Origin: Candidatus Poribacteria bacterium
GTDB lineage: Bacteria > Abyssobacteria > SURF-5
DNA length: 52,740 nt
NCBI GenBank assembly: GCA_016215705.1
Contig: JACRIR010000004.1
Location: forward strand, 1-52,740
Direction: 5' to 3'
Shown: piece by piece, positions 45,106-52,740 of the stretch
Layout: each line of letters begins with the position of its first letter
Position numbering within the stretch: position 1 is the first letter of the stretch
Position numbers and translations under genes: made by a program
The notes under the pieces: model-generated
What the model saw: the letters and a program-made list of their open reading frames with translations, nothing else
What the model was told of the DNA's origin: nothing
The model's database searches: none

Positions 45106-46245
45106 TCAAACCGCTGTTTCCGGGTCTTTGTCAAACGGCCCGAACATTTTCTTCCATCGTTTCGCCATGAGTATCTCCATGAGTTCCGATTTCTCTCCAT
45201 CGCGCGCCCGCTCCATCTCCTGCTGCAACAGTTTGAAAGACTGCTCGACCTCGGGGCCGAACAAGTCAACCATGTATTTCAGAGGGATGCGCGGCTTCGA
45301 GAGGTCCACTTTGCCGGTCTCGTCCAGTCGCGGCGGCGCAAGCGGCGGAACATAGAACACGTTGGGCTCTGTTCCGAATTTCGGGAAGAGCGGCAGAGCG
45401 ACTTTCCATTTCTTCACGAGTTGATATACCGGTCCCTGTTCGTTGTCGACGTAATCCACGAATCTCACGCGGCCGGTACACTGCCGCGCACATGCGTTCG
45501 GGACGCCTTTCTCTATTCTTGGATAGCAGAAGATGCATTTCTGGCTCGTGAGCTTCTCGAAGTTGAAATAGATTTTCTTATATGGGCACGATTCCAGACA
45601 AAACCTGTATCCCTTGCACCGGTTCTGGTCTATCAGCACGATTCCGTCTTCCTCGCGCTTGTAGATCGCGTGTCTCGGGCAAGCATCGAGACACGGCGGG
45701 TAGGTGCAGTGGTTGCATATTCTGGGAAGATAGAAGAAGAAGCTGTTGGGATACTTGATGCCAACGGCGCCCTGGTCCTCATCCCAATTCATTGACCACT
45801 CGGGCGCTGTTCCGTCCGGGTTCGTCGCCTTGAGCACGGACGTGCCGAACTTGCTGTTTATCACTTCCTCATGATTGAACTTCCAGAAGTCGCCGAACTC
45901 CTTGCGGGTCGGCAAATTCCCTCGAATCGGCTCGCGAACCTTGCCCTCGAACAACACTTTGTATCCGCCGCCGCTCTTCTCGAAGTCTTTGGGCGTTCCT
46001 TTGCCGGGCATGGTGTTGACCGTGTTCCACCACATATATTCGCGGCCTTCCTTTTTGGTCCACGTGTTCTTGCACGCCATGCTGCACAGTTGGCATCCAA
46101 TGCACTTGTTGAGGTCCAGGACCATTGCAAGTTGCCGCTTCGTCTTGCGCAGTTCATCTTTTATGGCGACCGTCTGTTGCGCAAGTTCCTCTTGTCTCTT
46201 CTTTTCTTCCGGCGATAATTGCTTGTTTGCTTCGACTTCTGCCAT
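45106..46245 (-). CDS. Four-cluster Fe-S beta subunit of a DMSO-reductase-family enzyme (NarH/DmsB-like)
   Basis: Four Cys clusters: CIGCQLCSMAC, CNHCTYPPCLDAC, CKGYRFCLESC and CIFCYPR...C. Confidence 0.8.
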   Translation of the reverse strand: MAEVEANKQLSPEEKKRQEELAQQTVAIKDELRKTKRQLAMVLDLNKCIGCQLCSMACKNTWTKKEGREYMWWNTVNTMPGKGTPKDFEKSGGGYKVLFEGKVREPIRGNLPTRKEFGDFWKFNHEEVINSKFGTSVLKATNPDGTAPEWSMNWDEDQGAVGIKYPNSFFFYLPRICNHCTYPPCLDACPRHAIYKREEDGIVLIDQNRCKGYRFCLESCPYKKIYFNFEKLTSQKCIFCYPRIEKGVPNACARQCTGRVRFVDYVDNEQGPVYQLVKKWKVALPLFPKFGTEPNVFYVPPLAPPRLDETGKVDLSKPRIPLKYMVDLFGPEVEQSFKLLQQEMERARDGEKSELMEILMAKRWKKMFGPFDKDPETAV

Positions 46246-46395
46246 GAGCTTTGTCTCCTACATTAGTACTGCTGAGTTCCCCCAAGGAATCTGTCCCGCA
46301 AATCGCCAAGCGGCTCAATGCGCCTTTGTAAGGGCGCAACATGCTGCGCTTCTGCAAATGGAATCATGATGATCGGACACATTCCGCTGATTTCC

Positions 46396-47076
46396 TCACG
46401 CTAACACCAGGTCGCGCCATTCTTTTGAGAACGCCTTGACACCGCCGCGCTCGCCTGCGGCTCCCTCCCACGCTGCAATACCAAGAGGCTTCTTGCCTCC
46501 GGCAGCGAGCTTGACGGCGTCTTCCTCGACCTGGAGGGCACGCCCCATTACTACCTTCCATTCGTTATCTTTCCATTCCGAGTTCGCAAAAACGGAGCTT
46601 TTCTCGGTGTACAGACTTGTCGAGAGCCCCTGCGTGACCTGGTTCTTCGGCTTGTTGTCGAAGTCGGCTCTCCAGTACCATGCGTTGGTCGGAGCGTCTT
46701 CTTTCCCCATTTCCTTTATCGGAGTGTCAATGCCTTCTTTCATGGGAAACAGCAGCGCCACTGCGTCGGGGAATATGTTCAGGTCGCCGATTGAGGTGCT
46801 TCTCTCTTTGGGTGTCCATTTGATGTAGAAGAACACCTCTTTGCCGTTGTGAAGGCACTTCATGCTGACCTTCGTTATCTTGCCGATTTCCTTTTCGTCG
46901 CGGGTTGCCTTGATGTAGGGTGACGGCTGGTTCGCCAAAGGAGTCGCCGCCATCTCGAGCACGTATTCCTTCGCGCCCGCCCAAGCGGGAGAATCAAGTT
47001 TGAGCAGTTCTTCCTTCGAGGCCGCAACCTTGTTTGCCACGAGCTGTTCCACGGTTGTCACTGTGTTCTCAGCCAT
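46396..47076 (-). CDS. Putative gamma subunit (EB_dh / heme-b-binding domain-like) of a type-II DMSO-reductase-family enzyme
   Basis: 226 aa between the alpha and beta genes. The assignment rests on position plus weak motif similarity (Met/Lys-rich, WYWRAD). No signal peptide is evident. Confidence 0.4.
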   Translation of the reverse strand: MAENTVTTVEQLVANKVAASKEELLKLDSPAWAGAKEYVLEMAATPLANQPSPYIKATRDEKEIGKITKVSMKCLHNGKEVFFYIKWTPKERSTSIGDLNIFPDAVALLFPMKEGIDTPIKEMGKEDAPTNAWYWRADFDNKPKNQVTQGLSTSLYTEKSSVFANSEWKDNEWKVVMGRALQVEEDAVKLAAGGKKPLGIAAWEGAAGERGGVKAFSKEWRDLVLA

Positions 47077-47109
47077 GAGTCAATAACCCCCTTATCGTTT
47101 GCTCCAACC

Positions 47110-50019
47110 CTATGCCTTTTCGACCTCGACCGACACGGCCCGGTCAATAGGTTGGATGCACCAATTCCAGCGGTAGTAGTTCAAGTGGCCGTAACCGGCT
47201 GCCAGGTCAAGCCACTTTATCATGCCGGGAATAGCCGTGTCGTAACTCTTCCAGCCCTCGAACTGGTACGGCTCCCATGCGTGATATATGATGATCTGTC
47301 CCGGACGGGTTTCATCCTGCGAGCGCGCGGCCGCCGTCAACTTCACGTGAATCTTGAAGTCGTCAAAGTCGTTGTGCACCCGCACGAGGTCGCCTTCCTT
47401 GATGCCCCGTTTCTCGGCGTCCTCCGGATTCATGAACATGAACGGACGGCCTTGATGCGTCCGCGCGAGCACGTCATCGGTGATCCAGATGGAGTGGACA
47501 CTCCATCTCTGATGCCCGCTCGTCATCAGCAACGGATAGTTGCCTCCCATCTTCGGGTTGTCCTTGTGGACCGGGAAACCCTCGCCTGCCTCAAGGAACC
47601 AGTCATGATCGATATAGAAACTGATTCTCCGGTTGTACGTGGGGTACGGTATCTTCTTGGCCGTATGATATGTCAGAGGCACAATCGGCTCATCCGGCTT
47701 GATGTCGGTCGCAAGATGCTTCCCGATGATGTCTATCTTCGAGATATTGGTGAACCGGATTATGCCTTCCTTGCGAAGGTCTTTAATAGTCGTGCCCTCC
47801 GGCAGCGTGCCCAATTGGGCGCTAAGTTGGAGCGCGTCATCGAGGGTGTCATCGGCATTGGTGCGGTTCAGCGTCTGATGCTTTACCAATACCGAGAGGT
47901 CGATCTCCGTTTCGTTGCGGCCCGTGTACTTCATGAATTTCCGCTCTTCGCCGAGTTTTTTCATTCTCTCGGCTAGCCGCCTGAACACTTCCCACTCATC
48001 CAGCGCTTCGGCGGGTGGAGGAACAGCCTGTTCGGTAAGCGTCACCCACGGGACGTGCGGAGTCGGGAATCGCGTGTCGGTCTTTTCATAGAAGCCGGCG
48101 CCGGGCAAGACCATGTCGGCCATCAGAGCCGTTGTGCTCCACCGGGTTTCAACTGTGAATATGAACTTGTACTTTTTCCACAACTCGGGATAGATGTTCT
48201 TCCACCAGCCGCGATTCTTGCGGGCCGGGCTCGTTCCTAAGAAGCAGTAGACCTGCGGATTCTGGTCCCGGGCCGGCCGCACATACGGTTTCCACCACCC
48301 CTTTTCGTCGACAGCTTCGTTCATATATTCCGCAAAGGTGCGTTTCATTGTGGGACAATGCCATGCCTTGTTTTCCCATGTCTGCTTATAGTTGGAATGA
48401 TAATAGTAGAGGAAAGCCGGAGGCACCATGCCCATTCGCTTCTTGTTGGCTTCCCGCTCGAGCTCTCTCTGCACGATTTCGTCGGTTATTTCCGGATCGG
48501 CCTCTCGCATGTCTTTTGCGTCTCCTCTCATGCTCAAGACCTGACGAACCGTTGCGAGTCCCTCTCTTTCGCGGATCATGAGGGCAGTCGCGCCGTCAAA
48601 CAACGATTCGTTCCAGCCGCGAATGCCGCTGCCCTTGTTGCCCACGCTGCCGGTAAGAGCGAGCAGCAGGCACATCGTGCGCTCCATTAGGTCGCCGTGA
48701 TAATACTTGGCCGAGTTCCAGCCCACGAGAACCTGCACGTGGCCGCGCGCCTTCCACGCCCGGTGTGCGAGGCGAACGATGGTTTCGGGGTGAACGCCGC
48801 AAATCTTCGACGCCTTCTCAGGCGTGTAATCACGGTTGATCATTTCCTTGAAAATATCAAACCCGGGTCTGACCTCGACTTGCTGCCCATTTTTTAGAGT
48901 GACCGTGAATTTACCCTCGAGCGCAGGATCACACGGCAGCGTCAATGTGCCGCGCGGAGCTTTGACGGGGGCGTTTGTCGCCGTGTCCCAGAAATACATC
49001 TGGTCTTCTCTTCCTGCGCCCGTCATATCGGGCTCGCGCAGGAACTTCTTTGTGTCGCTTCTGATGAGTAGCGGGAAATCCGTCTGTTCTTTTACGAACG
49101 CTTTGTCGTATGTGTCCTCCGCAATGAGGACCTGGCCCACGCCGAGGCCCAAAGCCGCGTCACCGCCGGTCTCTATCGGAATCCACTCGTCTGCATGAAC
49201 CGCCGATGGGGAAAAATCGGGCGCTATCGTCACTACCTCTGCGCCGTTGTATCGCGCAGCCGAGATGAAGTGACAGTCAGGAATCCGGGTATATATCGGA
49301 TTCATGTGCCAGATGAGAATAAGCTTCCCGAAGAACCAGCCGTCCACCGAATCGCAGAACTGGAATTTGCCGAAGGTCTCGTACACGCCCTTATTGAAGT
49401 CGCCGATAGTCGAGTTGACATCGAGTTCGGTTGCGCCGATACCGCTGAAGAAGCGGAAGCCGGCCATGAGGTGAATCCAGCCGCCGTTGCCCGGGCCGGG
49501 CTCAAAGATGACAGTCTCCGGACCCTCCGTCTGGATCGCGTCCATCAAGTGGGCGCAGACTTCATCAATTGCCTCGTCCCACGTGATTCTCTTCCATTTC
49601 CCTTCGCCGCGTTCGCCGACCCGCTTCATCGGATACTTCACGCGGTCGGGGTTATACATCATATTCGAGTAGGAGCAGCCTTTCTGGCAGCCGCGCGGAT
49701 TCCAGTCGGGGCTGCCCGGGTCAATGATAGGATATTTACCCGCCTGCTCTTCGCGCCAGACAACGCCGTCCTTCGTATACACTCGCCATAGGCAGTTGCC
49801 GGGATAACAGTCCACGAGATGTGTGCCATACGTGACCTTGTCCCATTTCCACTCATCTCTGTGCAGACTTTCCCATCCCTTGTACTCCCACTTCTGGAAC
49901 ACTTTCTCCGTCGCCTGCGCTGTGCCCCCCAGAAAACCCAGCGAGTCGAGCGAAAGCGCCAGCGTGGTTACTCCGGTAACCTTCAGAAACTGACGCCTTG
50001 TGAACCTGAAATCTGTCAT
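47110..50019 (-). CDS. Tat-exported molybdopterin catalytic (alpha) subunit, type-II DMSO reductase family (NarG/NxrA/EbdA/PcrA-like)
   Basis: Twin-arginine motif TRRQFLKV with a hydrophobic h-region. The FS0 motif is H-x3-C-x3-C (HLVDCYPGNCLW). ~970 aa. The start is at MTD (50019) with SD AGGAGG; the ORF track gives 50037. Confidence 0.85.
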   Translation of the reverse strand: MTDFRFTRRQFLKVTGVTTLALSLDSLGFLGGTAQATEKVFQKWEYKGWESLHRDEWKWDKVTYGTHLVDCYPGNCLWRVYTKDGVVWREEQAGKYPIIDPGSPDWNPRGCQKGCSYSNMMYNPDRVKYPMKRVGERGEGKWKRITWDEAIDEVCAHLMDAIQTEGPETVIFEPGPGNGGWIHLMAGFRFFSGIGATELDVNSTIGDFNKGVYETFGKFQFCDSVDGWFFGKLILIWHMNPIYTRIPDCHFISAARYNGAEVVTIAPDFSPSAVHADEWIPIETGGDAALGLGVGQVLIAEDTYDKAFVKEQTDFPLLIRSDTKKFLREPDMTGAGREDQMYFWDTATNAPVKAPRGTLTLPCDPALEGKFTVTLKNGQQVEVRPGFDIFKEMINRDYTPEKASKICGVHPETIVRLAHRAWKARGHVQVLVGWNSAKYYHGDLMERTMCLLLALTGSVGNKGSGIRGWNESLFDGATALMIREREGLATVRQVLSMRGDAKDMREADPEITDEIVQRELEREANKKRMGMVPPAFLYYYHSNYKQTWENKAWHCPTMKRTFAEYMNEAVDEKGWWKPYVRPARDQNPQVYCFLGTSPARKNRGWWKNIYPELWKKYKFIFTVETRWSTTALMADMVLPGAGFYEKTDTRFPTPHVPWVTLTEQAVPPPAEALDEWEVFRRLAERMKKLGEERKFMKYTGRNETEIDLSVLVKHQTLNRTNADDTLDDALQLSAQLGTLPEGTTIKDLRKEGIIRFTNISKIDIIGKHLATDIKPDEPIVPLTYHTAKKIPYPTYNRRISFYIDHDWFLEAGEGFPVHKDNPKMGGNYPLLMTSGHQRWSVHSIWITDDVLARTHQGRPFMFMNPEDAEKRGIKEGDLVRVHNDFDDFKIHVKLTAAARSQDETRPGQIIIYHAWEPYQFEGWKSYDTAIPGMIKWLDLAAGYGHLNYYRWNWCIQPIDRAVSVEVEKA

Positions 50020-50039
50020 AGCAACCTCCTTGCCCATAG

Positions 50040-50067
50040 TTTACAGTTTACAGTCTACAGTCCACGG
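50040..50067. repeat. Four tandem heptamers (TTTACAG TTTACAG TCTACAG TCCACGG) just upstream of the alpha-subunit SD
   Basis: Read directly from the sequence, at -21 to -48 relative to the alpha start codon. Confidence 0.45.
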
Positions 50068-50075
50068 TCATAACT

Positions 50076-50131
50076 CGAAACCGTAAACCATTCACTATTC
50101 ACCACGAACCACTCACCATGAACCATGAACC
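50076..50131. repeat. Copy B of the short intergenic element (AAACCGTAAACCAT...ATGAACCATGAACC); related to 2599-2633
   Basis: See copy A. The 14-mer is identical and the flanking 21-mer is 16/21 identical. Confidence 0.5.
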
Positions 50132-50231
50132 AATACTCCCCTTTCGCCTTCTTCTTGAGAGCGAAGCGAAGAATCTCTTCTTCTTTCCCCTTTCGCCTTG
50201 CTCCTTGCTCCCTTCGCCTTCTTCTTAGAGT

Positions 50232-51314
50232 TTATGGTTTGAGCGCAATCTTAATCACATTATCAAGCTTCTTATCGAACATCTCATACCCCCTCACGGC
50301 TTCTGCCAGGGGCATTGTGTGCGTGATGAGCGGTGTCATATCCAACAAGCCTGCCTCGATTATCCTCAAAAGCCGCGCCATGTGGATCACGTTCACAAGG
50401 CCCATCGTTATGCCGATGTTCTTGACGCAGAGCTGCGACATGAGGAGTTCCTGTGGTTCTTCAAACACGCCTACAATTGAAACGTTGCCGCCCGGTTTGA
50501 CTGCCTGAAAACAAGCGTCGAACGTCGGCTTTATGCCGACCGCTTCTATTGCCACGTCCGCGCCGCTGCGATTTGAGAATTCCTCGAGGAGACTGGTGGG
50601 CGCGCCGCCGGTAAGTTCCTTTATCTCGTTGACCGCGTCGGTTTTCGTGGGATCGATTGTGTGCGTTGCCCCGAGCTTCCTGGCTATCTCCAGCCGGTGC
50701 GGTATAGGATCGACCACGATCACTTTTGAGGGGCTGAAGAGTCTTGCGCACGCCGTCGCGCAGAGGCCCACCGGCCCCGCCCCGAAAACCGCTACGGCGT
50801 CGCCAGGCGCAAGCTTTCCGTTTGTCACGGCGAAGTATCCGGTTGATAGAATATCGCCCACGAACAGCGCCTGTGCGTCCGTCAAACCGGCAGGTATCTT
50901 GTGCATGGCGATCTGAGCAAACGGCACGCGCACAAAATCTGCCTGCGCGCCGGCAAGATTCCCCAGCAGGGGGCCGCATCCGAAGACGCCGCTGCGAACG
51001 CATTTGGGCAGAATCCCCTTCAGGCACATCTCGCATTTGCCGCATTGTACGGTGCACGCAACCGCGACCCGGTCTCCCACCTTGAACCCGTCAACATTGG
51101 AGCCGAGTTCCTCAATAACTCCGACGAATTCATGGCCGAGTACGTCTCCCGGCATCATCGGCGCCGCTCCATGAATCATGTGGATGTCGGTTCCGCAGAT
51201 GCTTGTGAGCGTCACTTTGATGATCGCGTCGTCCGGGCTTTGCATCGTGGGACGGGGAACATCCGCTAGCGCTACCTTGTTGATCTCCTGAAAGACTATC
51301 GCTTTCATTTTCAC
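50232..51314 (-). CDS. Zinc-dependent alcohol dehydrogenase (MDR family)
   Basis: GHEFVGVIEELG, structural-zinc Cys cluster (CTVQCGKCEMCLKG) and GAGPVGL. Confidence 0.8.
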   Translation of the reverse strand: MKMKAIVFQEINKVALADVPRPTMQSPDDAIIKVTLTSICGTDIHMIHGAAPMMPGDVLGHEFVGVIEELGSNVDGFKVGDRVAVACTVQCGKCEMCLKGILPKCVRSGVFGCGPLLGNLAGAQADFVRVPFAQIAMHKIPAGLTDAQALFVGDILSTGYFAVTNGKLAPGDAVAVFGAGPVGLCATACARLFSPSKVIVVDPIPHRLEIARKLGATHTIDPTKTDAVNEIKELTGGAPTSLLEEFSNRSGADVAIEAVGIKPTFDACFQAVKPGGNVSIVGVFEEPQELLMSQLCVKNIGITMGLVNVIHMARLLRIIEAGLLDMTPLITHTMPLAEAVRGYEMFDKKLDNVIKIALKP

Positions 51315-51577
51315 CCCTCACCGTTTTCTGAAGGAACCATTCTGATCGCGTTCCACGGACAGCCTTCGATTCGTGCGCCAAGATATCCTCTGGTGACACA
51401 ACTTCGACATCCCATGCATCTTTCGGTGTTCACCTGCATTCGCCTGAAATGAAAACTGCTCTCGTCGGAAACGTACTCGAGCGCTCCCTCGGTCGGGCAG
51501 AACAATTTGCAGACGGGTGTCCCCGCACACCCCGTGCAGCTTTCATCTACAAACGCAACAAATCTCTTCTTGGCCAC
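51311..51577 (-). CDS. 2x[4Fe-4S] ferredoxin
   Basis: 88 aa with CTGCAGTPVC and CMGCRSCVTRG...C motifs. A 4-nt ATGA overlap joins it to the ADH gene. Confidence 0.7.
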   Translation of the reverse strand: MAKKRFVAFVDESCTGCAGTPVCKLFCPTEGALEYVSDESSFHFRRMQVNTERCMGCRSCVTRGYLGARIEGCPWNAIRMVPSENGEG

Positions 51578-51633
51578 TTCTTCTCACTCACCGGACGCTT
51601 TACTCTTCGACCTCAAACCTTCGACCTTCGACC

Positions 51634-52221
51634 TTAGACCTTTATATAAGCCTTCTGCTTTTCGAACTCCTTGATATCGTATACGACACTCGTGTCAACC
51701 ACCAGGTTGCCTCGCGCATTCATGTATATCTTGAGCCTGTCCAGGGGCCGGGGCGCAGGCCCGGCGAAATTGACCCCATTCGAGTAGAACTGGCTCCCGT
51801 GACACGGACATTTGAATATCCGCAGCCCCGGAAACCAATTGACTGTGCACCCGAGATGCGTGCAACGGGCAAAGATCGCGTAGATGCGGCTGGTCTCTCG
51901 TATAACAAAGAAACGTTGCTCGCTTTTCCATTTGGATTCGACGTAGACGACTCCGCAGGTATCAGGATCAGCGCATATCAAGAAGTCGGCGACCATTCCG
52001 ATTTCGAAAGTGCTTGGCGGATGGAAAACCACAGAGGGCGAGAAAAAGCGAACTGTCTCCACTGCGCCGACGCCCGTCAATCCGAAAAGCGTTCCCCATC
52101 CGACTACCGAAAGGCTCTTCTGGAACATTTCTCGGCGTGTTATTCCGGGAGGAAGCGATTCGCTGCCCTGTTCGTTTATGGCCGGCCCCGTCTCCGACAT
52201 GTTCTTCCTCTCAGGATGCAT
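51634..52221 (-). CDS. Rieske [2Fe-2S] protein with Tat-like signal
   Basis: CTHLGC...CPCHGS boxes. The N-terminus has RREMFQKSLSVVGWGTLFGL, an RR motif followed by an h-region. Confidence 0.8.
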   Translation of the reverse strand: MHPERKNMSETGPAINEQGSESLPPGITRREMFQKSLSVVGWGTLFGLTGVGAVETVRFFSPSVVFHPPSTFEIGMVADFLICADPDTCGVVYVESKWKSEQRFFVIRETSRIYAIFARCTHLGCTVNWFPGLRIFKCPCHGSQFYSNGVNFAGPAPRPLDRLKIYMNARGNLVVDTSVVYDIKEFEKQKAYIKV

Positions 52222-52490
52222 TCATTGCGAGCGAAGCGAAAAATCCCCTCACTCTTCACTATTCCGCATTCATCATTGAGCAAGGGTCCGTCTCCGCCAT
52301 CTTCCCTCCACTCAATCTCTGGTTTCCTGCGCAACCTCACTGCCCTGTCAATCCGCTGCAACCCCTTTTCTTCTCTCCGAAATTCGCGTAATTCGTGTTC
52401 CCAATCTCTTCTCTTTCTTCTTACTTTTTCTTTTCTTCTTCTTTGTCCCTAATCCGTGTAAATCCGTGGTTGCATGCTTCTTCTTTTTCT

Positions 52491-52740
52491 TTATTGCGCG
52501 TTCATTCCGCGGTTTATCTCGCGGCTGACCTTGAGTATCGAACGCCTGTGCAGAATACCGAGCAGAGTGTTTATCAGATTCACGCCGGTCTCGGCCATTG
52601 TCGTCATTTCATCAAACGACAGCTTACCGGTGACGGCCTTGGAGAAAACCGTCACCTCTTGCTTCGCCAGAACTTCGATGAGGTCCTTGTACATCGACAA
52701 GAATTCATCCGTGAAACCGGACTCCACAGTGAAACCGGCC
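52491..52740 (-). CDS. Hypothetical protein, 5'-truncated by the window edge
   Basis: The ORF is open to the window end in frame (..AGFTVESGFTDEF..). No family recognised. Confidence 0.3.
   Translation of the reverse strand, partial: AGFTVESGFTDEFLSMYKDLIEVLAKQEVTVFSKAVTGKLSFDEMTTMAETGVNLINTLLGILHRRSILKVSREINRGMNAQ

Noticed and set aside
50157-50168. GAGCGAAGCGAA 12-mer repeat as a standalone significant element
   Set aside because: By itself a 12-mer recurrence is expected many times by chance in 52 kb. I keep it only as part of the co-clustered motif set described in the findings.
1-52740. CRISPR arrays, tRNA / rRNA genes, IS elements, integrases
   Set aside because: There are no regularly spaced direct repeats with unique spacers. 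The only tandem repeats are 7-mers at 50040-50067 and short motif duplications. There is no tRNA cloverleaf (GTTCGAATC T-loop plus acceptor pairing) and no transposase / integrase-like ORF. Terminal inverted repeats bracketing any block were not seen.

Overview
This is a 52.7-kb GC-rich bacterial chromosomal fragment. I found no rRNA, tRNA, CRISPR, transposase or integrase signals, and gene density is high. It falls into three blocks.

(1) 1-19.5 kb: mixed metabolism and signalling. It holds a 5'-truncated sphingosine-1-phosphate-lyase-like PLP decarboxylase, a class-III aminotransferase, an AhpD-like protein and a tungsten-type aldehyde:ferredoxin oxidoreductase with its ferredoxin. It also holds a PilZ / zinc-ribbon / FHA operon, a response-regulator-HD-GYP fusion, a stand-alone HD-GYP, a TPP enzyme, an M48 protease, a rhomboid, an MBL hydrolase and a Zn-dependent alcohol dehydrogenase.

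(2) 19.7-36.6 kb: a ~17-kb gas-vesicle (gvp) locus, all on the + strand. It has the canonical gvpA-gvpC-gvpN core plus three GvpF/L paralogs, GvpG, GvpK and two GvpJ/M genes. It is preceded and interrupted by regulators: an NtrC-type sigma-54 activator, a PAS histidine kinase and two receiver proteins. It also carries an unusual chaperone/ATPase set: two Hsp20 (GvpH-like) genes flanking a two-ring CDC48/VAT-like AAA+ ATPase, and a tandem-fused ArsA/GET3-like ATPase. A sigma-54 promoter with an upstream palindromic UAS precedes gvpA, and GC hairpins follow gvpA and the ORF after gvpN.

(3) 37.4-52.2 kb, minus strand: a 1054-aa secreted beta-helix protein, then a respiratory supercluster. The cluster comprises a Rieske protein, a ferredoxin, a Zn-ADH, a Tat-exported type-II DMSO-reductase-family molybdoenzyme (alpha-gamma-beta-TorD-like) and a split cytochrome b followed by a membrane-anchored octaheme cytochrome c. 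Intergenic spacers of this block share short recurring sequence motifs with each other and with one spacer in block 1.

The most unusual content is the ArsA/GET3-like and CDC48+Hsp20 modules embedded in the gvp locus, and the Mo-enzyme / bc-complex coupling.
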